A stretch of 64,000 bases of DNA from Methanomassiliicoccaceae archaeon (GCA_963728405.1 CAVSJV010000005.1:64001-128000); one strand, 5' to 3'; counted from the stretch's first letter, positions 1 through 10,119 are shown. Numbers and translations are program-made. Notes: generated by a model from the letters alone, not told the origin.

Positions 1-23
1 TATACAACAAAGATCACTGTTAT

Positions 24-787
24 TTATTGGCGACACAGGTCTTCGTACTCGCACCATTTGCACAGCGGTCCGCGATCGCAAGGAAAATCGGTAACGGACT
101 CTATCCTCTCTATCAGGGAGGAGGTCTTCTCCTGCAGGATGGTCAATTCCTCGGGGGTTCGGGAGGATGTGAACTGCTTATCATGTGCCAGATAATGCCA
201 GATCAGGCGGACCTCCCGCGCATCGGGGAAGTTCTGCCGGACACCGATCTCGTAGAGGGCCAGTTGACGGTCCTGGCGGAGTTGCTGGGCAGAAGGGCTT
301 CGCTGCCCTGTTTTATAATCGTGGATCTCGTAGACGCCGTCGGCCCGGCAGGTCAGCCGATCGATATAGCCAATGAACTCATGCTCCCGTATCCCGTGGA
401 CCTTGAACCTGAGCTCATGCTCCAGCCCAACGGTCCTTCCCTGGTTGAAGGGATGATTGCGGCGATGATAGGCCGTCAGGCCGATGCCCGCCCTCATCAG
501 ATGGTCGGAAGGGGACATATCTTTCTTGATCACGACCACTGAGCTGTCGTACTTCTCTCGCCAGAGGGAGTGCAGATGCTCTACCAGTTCTTTAGAGCTT
601 AGGACCCTCCCCTTCTCCGCTTCTTCGTGGAGGTGTTGAAGGGACAGGTGGACCAAAGTGCCAGTGAAGGCCTCGATGCCATGCTTCTCTTCGACCTCGA
701 TCTTGTCGATGTACCTGAGACGATACCGGCGGGGGCATTGCTCGAAGCAGCTCAGACGGGAGTGAGAGTAAGACGTATCGAGTCCAT
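24..787 (-). CDS. Solo Cas4-like/RecB-family PD-(D/E)XK nuclease with 4-Cys Fe-S motif (frameshift near 770)
   Basis: ORF 24..656 has GYIDRL..EIHDYKTG, QLALY and C-terminal LCKWCEYEDLC. The upstream part of that frame reads YSHSRLSCFEQCPRRYRLRYID. ATG at 787 is out of frame by one indel. Confidence 0.8.
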
Positions 788-880
788 TGTTTCCCTACTC
801 TTTATCCCCATGCCCCAATTTCCGGGATGCGGAACGAAAAAGCTTTCACATATATAGTGAAGAAGCGCGCTCGCCCACGT

Positions 881-2005
881 ATGTTGACCGCGGCAGAGGT
901 CAAGAGGCTGGGTCGTCAGGCCGGCTTCGATATCGTTCGTATCGCCACCGCTGGCCCTTTTCCTGAGCATATGGCCGCGGTAGCTGAGAGGAAGGCCAAG
1001 GGCTGGGTCCCCCTGGAGATGGAGAGGGGGTATGGGGCGATATCCGATCCGAAGCGCTCTTCCGACCCCCGCTGCCTGATGCCGGAAGCAGGCTCGATCA
1101 TCTCCCTCGGTCTGGGATACTACCTGCGAGGTGAGGCTGACCGGTCCTCGCCGGGGCAACCCTGCGGACGGCTACCAAGGAACGGGTGGCGGGACCTCTC
1201 CGGCGAGGCGGGCCGCCGCCGGGACAAATTCGTTCAATATCTGGAGGAGCATGGCGCCCGGTGTGCTCCGGCGCCGGACCTTCCGTCCAAGAAGGCAGCA
1301 GAACGGGCGGGCGTGGCCGGCTATGCCAAGAGCGGCATCGTCCACGCTGAGATATATGGGCCATGGGTCCATCTGGTGACAGTGGTCACCGATGTTGTGC
1401 TGGAGGCGGACAGCCCCATCGAGATCAATTGCGGCAGCTGCCGGAGATGCGTCGATGCCTGCCCCACCAAGGCCATCCGGGCCCCGTTCGTCCTGGACGC
1501 CAGCAGGTGCCTGGCCCATATGCTGGCTTCCCGGGATTGGTTACCCGTCGAGCTAAGGTCGGCGGTCGGCAATCGGATCTATTCCTGCGATCAATGCCTG
1601 GAAGTATGTCCTCGAGCCCTCAATCCCATGATGGTCGATGCCCCTTCCCCCGACCGACTGGGGCGGTGGACCAATTCTCCGGAGCTATTGCCGCTGCTGA
1701 AGATCGGCGACGAGGAGTTCCGTCAACGGTTCTCTTACCTGGACTGGTATTTGGCCGATCCCATACTGCTCAAGCGGAACACCATCATCGCCCTGGGCAA
1801 TTCCGGGGACCTCGTGGCCGTACCTGCCCTCATCGGCATGCTGGAGAGCGACGAACCGATTCTAAGGGGTCATGCCGCCTGGAGCCTGGGACGCCTGGGA
1901 AGTGCTGATGCCAAGGCTGCATTGGGGGCACGGTTGAAAAAGGAAGAGGATGGCCAGGTAAGGGGAGAGATCGAGCTTGCCCTCAACGATACTGGACGAC
2001 CCTAG
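881..2005 (+). CDS. Epoxyqueuosine reductase QueG-like cobalamin/2x[4Fe-4S] protein with C-terminal HEAT repeats
   Basis: CGSCRRCVDACPTKAI, RC, IYSCDQCLEVCP, LKRNTIIALGN, RGHAAWSLG. ATG 881 follows a TATA-like TATATA at about 850. Confidence 0.75.
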   Translation: MLTAAEVKRLGRQAGFDIVRIATAGPFPEHMAAVAERKAKGWVPLEMERGYGAISDPKRSSDPRCLMPEAGSIISLGLGYYLRGEADRSSPGQPCGRLPRNGWRDLSGEAGRRRDKFVQYLEEHGARCAPAPDLPSKKAAERAGVAGYAKSGIVHAEIYGPWVHLVTVVTDVVLEADSPIEINCGSCRRCVDACPTKAIRAPFVLDASRCLAHMLASRDWLPVELRSAVGNRIYSCDQCLEVCPRALNPMMVDAPSPDRLGRWTNSPELLPLLKIGDEEFRQRFSYLDWYLADPILLKRNTIIALGNSGDLVAVPALIGMLESDEPILRGHAAWSLGRLGSADAKAALGARLKKEEDGQVRGEIELALNDTGRP

Positions 2006-2778
2006 TCCCTCAGAAAGTCGTCGCAGTACAACTTCTCATTGAGGAGCACCTGCCCGGCCTTCACGATGCTCATCAGCTCCTCGTCCTCGGGATCGCAGAT
2101 GGCGGCGGAGAGCCCGGCGCCCATGAGCATCGCGAGGTAGGTGCGGTTGAGCAGGCTGCGCTGCTTGGTGCCGTTGGACACATTGCTCAGGCCGACCACT
2201 GTGCGGGGCGTGGGATCGTTCAGTCCCTGGAATAGATGAACGGCCTGCACCACCTTCCGGCCCTGGTCCTGGGCCGCGCTGGTCGGGAGCACCAGGGGAT
2301 CGAGGTATAGCCGGTCGGGCATGATATCGTATTCCATGGCCTTGGTCATCATCAGCATGGCCATCTCCGCGCGGGCGTCGGCCGAGTTGGGGATGCCCCT
2401 CTCATCCATGCATAGGCAGATGATCTCGGCATCGTGCTCCTGGCAGAGGGGGAAGAACTTTTCCATTCGCTTTTCCTCGGCGGTGGTGGAGTTCATGATG
2501 ACCCGGTTCTTGGCCACCCGGAGGCCCGCCTCCATCGTCTTCGGTCCGGAAGTATCGATGGACAGGGGAACAGACGCCACTTCCTGCACCGTGGACACCA
2601 GCCACTCCATGGCCGCCGGTCCGTCCTCTCTCCCCGGACCGACATTGACGTCCAGGGCCTGAGCCCCACACTCCAACTGCTTCACGGCGAGGTCCTGGAT
2701 GAACTTGGCGTCCCGCTGGTCGATCGCCCTTCCCACTGAGGTGAACAGGCCGTTGATCCGCTCGGAGATGACTAGCAT
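2002..2778 (-). CDS. acsE: Methyltetrahydrofolate:corrinoid iron-sulfur protein methyltransferase (pterin-binding TIM barrel)
   Basis: ISERING, LDVNVG, PLSIDT, IMNST, LYLDPLVLP, VGLSNVSNG, RSLLNRTYL motifs. Confidence 0.88.
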   Translation of the reverse strand: MLVISERINGLFTSVGRAIDQRDAKFIQDLAVKQLECGAQALDVNVGPGREDGPAAMEWLVSTVQEVASVPLSIDTSGPKTMEAGLRVAKNRVIMNSTTAEEKRMEKFFPLCQEHDAEIICLCMDERGIPNSADARAEMAMLMMTKAMEYDIMPDRLYLDPLVLPTSAAQDQGRKVVQAVHLFQGLNDPTPRTVVGLSNVSNGTKQRSLLNRTYLAMLMGAGLSAAICDPEDEELMSIVKAGQVLLNEKLYCDDFLRD

Positions 2779-2929
2779 GGTAGTTCCAAGCGTTGAGTGC
2801 GGCCACCGCATAAAAGCCTTTCCTGGCCACCCTCCTGCCGCCTATAAAATCGCAGTTCTGCTGAAGATACGCTGCAGCTGAACCCAAAGCTAATATGTCG
2901 GGGACAGGATGGAAACGTCGGAGATCTGA

Positions 2930-3256
2930 ATGGCCAAGAATCAACAGGAAGAGTCGGAAGAAGAACAGATGGTCGACCTGGAGGACGAGGAAGATATGGA
3001 GCCGGTGATGTCCGAGAACGCGGTCATCGACGTCGCCTTCGGAGCGCCGGAGGACGGTCCAGTGGAAGGCGAGCGTGTCATGGATTGGGTGGCCAGCTTC
3101 CCTCCTGGAGAGTTCCAGAGACAGGTGGCCGACCTGTTCCTATCCGATGGTGAGATATATATCATGATGGACAAGCTCACCGTGGTCGTACCTATGATGG
3201 AACTGTTCCGACTCCTGGAAATGGCAGGCACCAATAGTGCTCAGGACGAGGAGTGA
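2930..3256 (+). CDS. Acidic hypothetical protein
   Basis: 108-aa ORF with ATG start, very Glu/Asp-rich, followed by a terminator-like hairpin. Confidence 0.7.
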   Translation: MAKNQQEESEEEQMVDLEDEEDMEPVMSENAVIDVAFGAPEDGPVEGERVMDWVASFPPGEFQRQVADLFLSDGEIYIMMDKLTVVVPMMELFRLLEMAGTNSAQDEE

Positions 3257-3265
3257 GAACCGACT

Positions 3266-3294
3266 GGCCTCCCTCGGAGGCCCTTTTACTTTTT
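3266..3294 (+). terminator. Hairpin plus T-tract terminator
   Basis: GGCCTCC-ctc-GGAGGCC followed by CTTTTACTTTTT, 10 nt after the stop at 3256. Confidence 0.6.
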
Positions 3295-3377
3295 GAACAA
3301 CTTTCATTAACAGGCGTGGGATATACCATTGGCAAACTGTTATGACAGCTTGCCTCTCACGGTTTGGAGGCTATTTA

Positions 3378-4934
3378 TTGGTCAAGATCGAGCGCGCTCT
3401 GATCAGCGTATCTAACAAGGACGGTATCGTCGACTTCGCCCGCGGGCTAAGCTCCTATGGTGTGGAGATCATCTCCACCGGCGGCACCGCCACTCTGCTG
3501 GACAAGAATGGTATCAAGACCGTGAACATCTCCGATGTCACCGGTTTCCCGGAAATGCTGGATGGGCGGGTTAAGACCCTTCACCCTAACATCCACGCGG
3601 GACTGTTGGCCCGAAGGGACATGCCCGAGCACATGGCCAAGCTGGACGAGTTCGGTATCAAGAAGATCGACATGGTGGTGGTGAACCTCTATCCGTTCCG
3701 GGAGACCGTGCTCAAGCCGAACGTCTCGCTGGAAGAGGTCATCGAGAACATCGATATCGGCGGCCCGTCCATGATCCGGGCCGCTTCCAAGAACTACGAA
3801 TCCGTAGCGGTGATCACCAACCCCGTTCGGTACCTGCCGATCTTGGAGGAGATGAAGGCCAGCGACGGTGTCGTAGGGCACGAGACCCTCAAGGGCCTCA
3901 TGCTGGAGGCGTTCCAGAACACCGCCAACTACGATGCGATGATCGCGCAACATCTGGCCGGCATCTTCCCCGGACCCCAGTTCCCTGCCACCCTGACGGT
4001 AGGCATGGAAAAGGTCCAGGACCTGCGTTATGGAGAGAATCCGACCCAGCAGGCAGCTTTCTACGGCGATCCCTTCGTCACTGGAGTGGCCGTCTCCCGA
4101 ATGAAGCAGCTTCACGGCAAGGAGCTATCGTTCAACAACATCCTGGATATCGAGTCCGCCCTCTCCCTCCTCCGTGAGTTCGAGGACCGCGCCTGCGCCA
4201 CGGTCATCAAGCACACCAATCCCTGCGGCATCGCCTGCGACGACAAGATCTACGATGCGTTCATGGTCGCCTATAACGTCGATCCGCTGGCCGCTTTCGG
4301 GTGTGTCATCGGTCTGAACCGCGAGTGTGATGTCCCCACCGCCGAGGAGATCTCCAAGCACTTCGTGGAGATCGTGTTCGCCCCGTCCTTCGATCTCCAG
4401 GCGCTCGAGCTACTGCAGAAAAAGAAGAACATCCGGCTCATGACCACGCCCGGGCCGATCACCCTGGCCGACGCGCCCAAGATCAAGATGAAGTACATCA
4501 AGGGCGGCATGCTGGTACAGACGGCCGACAATGGTCAGGTGGCGTCCGAGCACCTCAAGGTAGTGACCAAACGGTCACCGACGCCTTCCGAGGTCAAGAG
4601 CATGCTCTTCGCCAACCGGGTGTGCAAGCACATCTGGTCCAACACCGTCATCCTCGCCAAGGGGGAGAGGGTGGTGGGAATAGGCGCCGGACAAATGTCA
4701 CGGGTGGATTCGTCGTTCATCGCCGCCCACAAGGCCGGGGAGAACGCCAAGGGCTCGGTGATGGCATCCGATGCCTTCTTCCCGTTCCGTGACGGGGTGG
4801 ACGAGGCCGCCAAGGCCGGCGCCACTGCTATCATCCAGCCGGGGGGGAGCATCCGGGACCAGGAGGTTATCGATGCCGCCAACGAGCATGACATGGCCAT
4901 GGTGTTCACCGGGGTCCGGGTGTTCCGGCACTGA
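3378..4934 (+). CDS. purH: Bifunctional AICAR transformylase/IMP cyclohydrolase
   Basis: RALISVS, ISTGGT, GRVKTLHP, IDIGGPSM, LRYGENP, IKHTNPCG, GAGQMSRVDS, ASDAFFPF, IQPGGSIRD. GGAGG precedes the TTG start. Confidence 0.96.
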   Translation: MVKIERALISVSNKDGIVDFARGLSSYGVEIISTGGTATLLDKNGIKTVNISDVTGFPEMLDGRVKTLHPNIHAGLLARRDMPEHMAKLDEFGIKKIDMVVVNLYPFRETVLKPNVSLEEVIENIDIGGPSMIRAASKNYESVAVITNPVRYLPILEEMKASDGVVGHETLKGLMLEAFQNTANYDAMIAQHLAGIFPGPQFPATLTVGMEKVQDLRYGENPTQQAAFYGDPFVTGVAVSRMKQLHGKELSFNNILDIESALSLLREFEDRACATVIKHTNPCGIACDDKIYDAFMVAYNVDPLAAFGCVIGLNRECDVPTAEEISKHFVEIVFAPSFDLQALELLQKKKNIRLMTTPGPITLADAPKIKMKYIKGGMLVQTADNGQVASEHLKVVTKRSPTPSEVKSMLFANRVCKHIWSNTVILAKGERVVGIGAGQMSRVDSSFIAAHKAGENAKGSVMASDAFFPFRDGVDEAAKAGATAIIQPGGSIRDQEVIDAANEHDMAMVFTGVRVFRH

Positions 4935-4951
4935 GCGAATCCCTTCCCTTC

Positions 4952-5449
4952 CTATTTTTCTAGGAGCTCGCCCGCCAGTTCCCACGGCCTCTTGACCACG
5001 ATGTCCTTCACCTGGGTGAACTTGCTTTCGTTGGAGCACACGATCGCCCCGGGGATGGCCCGCCCTATCGCGAGGACGAGGGCATCGACTATGGACAGCC
5101 CTTCGGAACGACGACCGAGCTTGTCCCCGTGCCTCATATGGAAGTAGTTGCTCTCCCTGATGAGGTCTATGGCCAGCATGGCGTGTTCCTTCTCGATGGC
5201 ATTGATGGTCATGTTCGGTAATGCCATGAGGTTCCGTAGCGTCTTCCGCGCCCGGTCCGGGTCATGGGTCACATCGAGGACGACGTAGTATACTTCTACA
5301 AGTACTGGGGTCGGCAGAACTCCGGTGAAATCGCCTTTCTCAATGCGCTTGAGGAGTTCGATGGAACCTCGGCTGCGGACATCCTTGGACCGCACGAACG
5401 CGTCGATGATAACGTTAGTGTCAATGACGACGCTCTGACGTCCGGACAT
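4952..5449 (-). CDS. PIN domain (VapC-like) ribonuclease
   Basis: VVIDTNVIID, PVLVEVY, LSIVDALVLA, CSNE acidic PIN residues. Confidence 0.85.
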   Translation of the reverse strand: MSGRQSVVIDTNVIIDAFVRSKDVRSRGSIELLKRIEKGDFTGVLPTPVLVEVYYVVLDVTHDPDRARKTLRNLMALPNMTINAIEKEHAMLAIDLIRESNYFHMRHGDKLGRRSEGLSIVDALVLAIGRAIPGAIVCSNESKFTQVKDIVVKRPWELAGELLEK

Positions 5450-5886
5450 CCTTGGCCCTCTTCCTGAGGTCATTCACATTGTCAACGCAGTCGTCCAGGC
5501 AGCCGATCAAGTCGTCCGAGCAACATGGCGATTCACCAACGATGTTTGTCTTGATGGTGTCCCTCTCTTCCAACGATCGCAGACGCTCCTCGAGGGCGTC
5601 CATTCTGGTAGCCAAGCGACTCAGGGCGTCCAGGATCTCGGCACCACCTCCGTGATTCCGCCTTGGTGATTTGCACAACGGTCGGTTCTCAGAATTCTTC
5701 GGTCCCGACATGCGTGTCCGATATGGGGGCGGCAGTTAGTAAAGTATCCGAGGACCTGCTGGTACTGCCCGGCCGAGATGGCTTCCCCGTCCAAATGTCC
5801 CATCTTGAAACCGACCGTCCATCGACCCGCTCTGCATTCAGGGCGGCCTTGATCACGTTCAAACGTTCGGCCAGTATATCGATCAT
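5421..5886 (-). CDS. Putative antitoxin/partner of the PIN protein (frameshifted, coiled-coil C-terminus)
   Basis: Overlapping partial ORFs 5689..5886, 5621..5803 and 5421..5711. The 3' end overlaps the PIN start. Contains LATRMDALEERLRSLEE coiled coil. Confidence 0.45.
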
Positions 5887-5952
5887 CCCGAAGAGGTCAA
5901 GGATGGCGATTAACGCTTTCCAGGGCCGGTACGCTCAAACCACGACTCCCCC

Positions 5953-6002
5953 AATCTTAATATTGTATAATAATCTCTAATATTGATTAATATACACTAA
6001 TA
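5953..6002. promoter_or_regulatory. AT-rich divergent promoter with five TAATA motifs at exact 10-bp spacing
   Basis: TAATA at 5958, 5968, 5978, 5988 and 5998. Confidence 0.55.
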
Positions 6003-6029
6003 CTATGGGGGTTCGAGGGGGCGAAGGTA

Positions 6030-6578
6030 ATGAGCGATCTGAAAGCACCAACAATAAGCGAGAGTGCGTTCGTGGACAGCTCCGCGACCATACTGGGGGA
6101 TGTGATGATTGGTGATGATGTCTATGTCGCGCCAAACGCCTCCATACGGGCGGACGAACCCGGTTCCAGGATGATCATCAGGGAGCGGTGTAATGTCCAG
6201 GATAACGTGGCGATCCACGCCCTTATGGACTCCACAGTCAAGATCGGGGTCGGTACGACCCTGGGGCACGGTTGCATCGTCCACGGCCCCTGCACAATAG
6301 GTGATGGCTGCTTCATCGGGTTTGGGGCGGTGGTGTTCAAATGCACAATAATGGAAGGAGCGGTCATCATGCACCGGGCATTGGTGACCCATTCGCTTGT
6401 ACCTCCGCTCCGCATGGTGGGGTCGGGGGAGATTGTCGATAGCAGGTTCAAGCCCGCAGACCTACCCGAGGTCCCTCTCGACATCTCCGACTTTGTGGAC
6501 TCGGTCCGTCAGACCAACATCGATCTTGCTAGGATGTACTCCTTGCAAAGGATGGCAAGTATGGTAGGGGTGCTTTAA
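6030..6578 (+). CDS. Gamma-class carbonic anhydrase family (left-handed beta-helix) protein
   Basis: Hexapeptide repeats, SIRAD, NVQDNVAIH, LGHGCIVHG (three His ligands). Confidence 0.88.
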   Translation: MSDLKAPTISESAFVDSSATILGDVMIGDDVYVAPNASIRADEPGSRMIIRERCNVQDNVAIHALMDSTVKIGVGTTLGHGCIVHGPCTIGDGCFIGFGAVVFKCTIMEGAVIMHRALVTHSLVPPLRMVGSGEIVDSRFKPADLPEVPLDISDFVDSVRQTNIDLARMYSLQRMASMVGVL

Positions 6579-6599
6579 AAAAAATGCAGGAAGGGTTAA

Positions 6600-6905
6600 A
6601 TGCGTCCAACCAATCACATCAGGGAGACACCTGTGGAAGACGATCTCGCCCGATGGATCCTCAGTGTTGACCGACGCGCCCTGGCGATGAGGGCGATCGA
6701 CGCCGATGGGGCGTTCAGCGCCGCCGAGATAGCTGAACGGTCCGGGCGTTCCATCCAGAACATAAGTCGGGCCATCCATGAGCTCGAGGTAAAAGGCCTG
6801 ATCGAGTGCCTCAATCCAGAGAAACATACATGGAAGAGATATCTGCTCACCGACCATGGGAAGGCTGTGGTAAGGGAGATGAAGCAGAGATTGCTTATCA
6901 AGTGA
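6600..6905 (+). CDS. Winged helix-turn-helix transcription regulator (MarR/ArsR-like)
   Basis: SAAEIAERSGRSIQNISRAIHELEVKGLIEC...YLLTDHG. Confidence 0.85.
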   Translation: MRPTNHIRETPVEDDLARWILSVDRRALAMRAIDADGAFSAAEIAERSGRSIQNISRAIHELEVKGLIECLNPEKHTWKRYLLTDHGKAVVREMKQRLLIK

Positions 6906-6956
6906 ACTAGGCAAAAACCTAAAACTCCTTCAAAGTGACATTAGGTTGATGATACC

Positions 6957-8426
6957 GTGGACCGGAAGATACCGCGCTGCATGAGCACCCAGCATCCTGA
7001 CAACGTCAACGCCCCTTTCTTCGCCGAAAGCTCGGAAATGGGCGGGGAGGACGAGATCCAGGAAGCCTACTACGTGTTCTCCCACCTGGACTGCAATGAG
7101 CAGATGTGGGACTGCGAGGGCAAGGAGGTCGACAACTTCGTGGTCAAGAAGCTGCTCTCTAAGTACGACTGGTACTTCCAGGACAAGCAGATCGGTAAGG
7201 ACGTCGTACCTCACGTTGAGGGTACCGAACCCCACTGTGGAGAAGGACGAGGCCAAGATACTGCTCGAGACCCTCGAGTCAATCCCACGCTCGTTCGACA
7301 CGGCCAAGCTATTCTACCAGAACGATATCCCCCCCATCTTTGAGGTCATACTGCCCATGACCTCCTCGGCTGTCTCCCTGGACCGGGTGTACCGCTATTA
7401 TCGCGATTTCGTTGTGGGCAAGCAGCATATATCGTTCCGCAAGGGCGATGTCACCCTGGCCGAGTGGATCGGGACCTTCGAGCCGGAGAAGATCGATGTC
7501 ATCCCGCTGTTCGAGGACCTGCGCCACATGATGGACGCCCACGAGATCACCAGGGAGTACCTGAAGGACAAGGACGGTGGAGCACCAGCGGGTGTTCCTC
7601 GCCAGGTCCGACCCGGCCATGAACTATGGGCAGGCTAGCGCCATTCTGATGAACAAGGCCGCCCTCTATAACCTCCAGTTGCTGGAGGAGGACACCGGCG
7701 TCAAGATGTGTCCGATCATCGGGGTCGGCTCGGCGCCGTTCCGAGGCAATCTCAAGCCGAACAACGTGGACCGGCTGATGGAGGAGTATCCTTCGGTGCA
7801 GACCTTCACCGTCCAATCGGCCTTCAAGTACGATTACTCGCACGACGAGGTCCGCAGCGGCATCCAGAAGATCAACGAAGGGACCAGAACCAAGGCGATG
7901 GTGGTGGATACCGCCCGCTGCGAGGCCATCATCGAGAAGTGCTCCAACTCCTACCGGGAGAAGATCATCAAGCTGGCCCCCCTGATCAACGAGGCGGCCA
8001 ACTACGTGCCCCCGCCGCCGGAAGAGGAAGTTGCACATCGGCCTGTTCGGCTACTCCCGCAGCCTGGAGGGGATCAAACTGCCTCGGGCGATCGGCTTCT
8101 GCTGCGCCTTCTACTCCCTGGGGATACCGCCAGAGATCCTTGGCCTGGACGCCCTGGATGATAGCGACCTAGATTACCTCAGGCAGGTCAGCCCGCACTT
8201 CGACGAGAGCATGAAGGACGCGCTGCAGTACATGAATCCCGAGTCCATGAAGACCCTGCCTTTGAAGGTCCGCATGTCCGTGGACAACCTGGGCCTGGAC
8301 TACGAGGTCAACGAGAAGCACCGCCAGATCACCTCCAAGATCATGGAGAACATCAAGAACTCCACTGGCAAGGGGATGGAGGAATTCGTACTGCGGGCCG
8401 CGCACCTGAGGGGCTTCCTGGGCTGA
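6957..8426 (+). CDS. ppcA: Archaeal-type phosphoenolpyruvate carboxylase (about 3 frameshifts)
   Basis: IPRCMSTQHPDN, MWDCEGK, LRVPNP, FEVILPMT, VIPLFE, RVFLARSDPAMNYG, GVGSAPFRG, QSAFKYD, HIGLFGYSR, PRAIGFC, RGFLG spread over four partial ORFs. Confidence 0.93.
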
Positions 8427-8492
8427 GGGCAAGATATCTATCAATCTACAAGGATAGTGCGCTGGAAGCAAGGATAATTAGATGGGAAGAGG

Positions 8493-10086
8493 TTGTCCCT
8501 GCCAGAGAGGGTCGAGGGCTGTCCGGTGAGCGAGGAAGATTCATGTCTTGAGGATTTCCTGCGGGAGCTTTCCCGCGCGGTCCTGGAGCAGCTGGACGTG
8601 AACTTGACGTCAGGAGCACTGTTCCATTCCTCGTACGAATCGGTGGAGCAGGGGGTGGCCAGCTATGCATATGCCATCGGCATGAGCGAGGTGCGCCTCG
8701 AGCTTCTTCCCAGGACGATCGACCAATGGATATGGAGGGACAAGGGCCACTATATCAATGCGGCCATGGCCTCCTGCCTCCAGCTGGCCGAAGGGATCGA
8801 ATCTCGTCATCCGCTGCTTGCAGGCGGATGACGTAAAGCTGGAAGAAGGCCAGGCCCTTGATGACCTGATGACCCAGAGGGCGGTGGACTACATCTCCAC
8901 CGTTCGTCCTGGTGCTCACCGACCGCCTGCTGGATGGGGGGAAGGAGCAGGAGGAAGGCATTATTGACCTCACCACCCATGAGTTCCTTCGGGACCTCCG
9001 AGGAGAGCAATCTGGCTGGGACCTCAAGGCATACGTCAAATGTTTCTGGCTGGAGGAGGGGGTCCTGCTCCCTGGGAGAAGGCATCGTGCTGCGCCGTCC
9101 CCGGCTGGACGACTATCGCGACCGTAAGTGTGTCGAAGGCATCTCTTGGGGAGGCATAAAGAACCTGGAGGTGGACATGATGGGCACATCGGTGGGTGCG
9201 ATCCTGGAGATGCGATGCCCTCCATCGACCGAAGCGGCCGCCCGAGAGGAGTTGAACACGATCATGGACGTCCTTCTGCTGTTCCGGGTGGCGTCGCTCA
9301 GCCAGGAGCACCTGGATATGCGGCCCCGTTCCGTGCTCAGGGACCAGGGGGTCAGGGAGGAGGATGACAGTAGGCCGCCATTGTTCCATGCCGTCCTGCG
9401 GGCCGGCGACCAGGAGGACCTGCGGACCGTTCATGAAGGCCCTCGCCCCGCTCATACACCATCATCCGTTCCTGCGCTCCCTGTTCGTCGGTACCGATGC
9501 TCATACCAAGAACATGCTCCGGATGCGGCAGAGGTATGCCCCCACCATCGAGCGGCTTCCCGTCCTGGAAAAGGAGATCGGCGAAAGAGGAGCGGACGCC
9601 CGCCCCCTCCCGGAGGACCTGGCGTTCCACCTATACCGCGGCGCGCTCCTGGACCCGATCTCCGTGGAGGAACGACTGGCCAAGCTGATGGCGGGCCTGG
9701 ATCACCTCTACTCGAACACCAGCACCATCGTCGACCGTAAGCGCGCAGTGGCGCTCCGGGCGTCCAGCCTGCTGGAGGGCTGGGGATTCGATGCTCTGAA
9801 GGTGGCCAGGGACATCCGGGATGGGTTCAAGCTTAAGGGAGAACAATATAACGCCGGTACCCTAGGTATGGCCTATAAGGATGAAACCCTGCAATTGTGC
9901 GAGGACCTGGCCGAATATCTAAGGGCGTCGCTGGTGATCTTCTACCAGACCTGTTCTGTGCTGCCCCGGGATGAGCTTATCGAGGCCACAGACCTTCTAG
10001 TGCAGGGGAAGGACCTGCCCGAGAATGTCGCTCGGGTGCTGGAGAGCGTGTTCGTCAACGAATCGGTGACCCAACCGTACCGCTGA
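8493..10086 (+). CDS. ApeA-like N-terminal domain plus HEPN-like C-terminal domain protein, catalytic RxxxxH motif absent (about 4 frameshifts)
   Basis: Stitched ORFs give LGEGIVLRRP..AILE..LLLFRV..LAFHLYRGALL..EERLAKLMAGLDHLY..ALRASSLL..DIRDGFKLKGEQYNAG..LAEYLRASL, an ApeA/HEPN-like pattern recognised by eye. Confidence 0.55.
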
Positions 10087-10119
10087 CCTTTAAATAACGA
10101 GAGGGGGTTTTTGACCACT

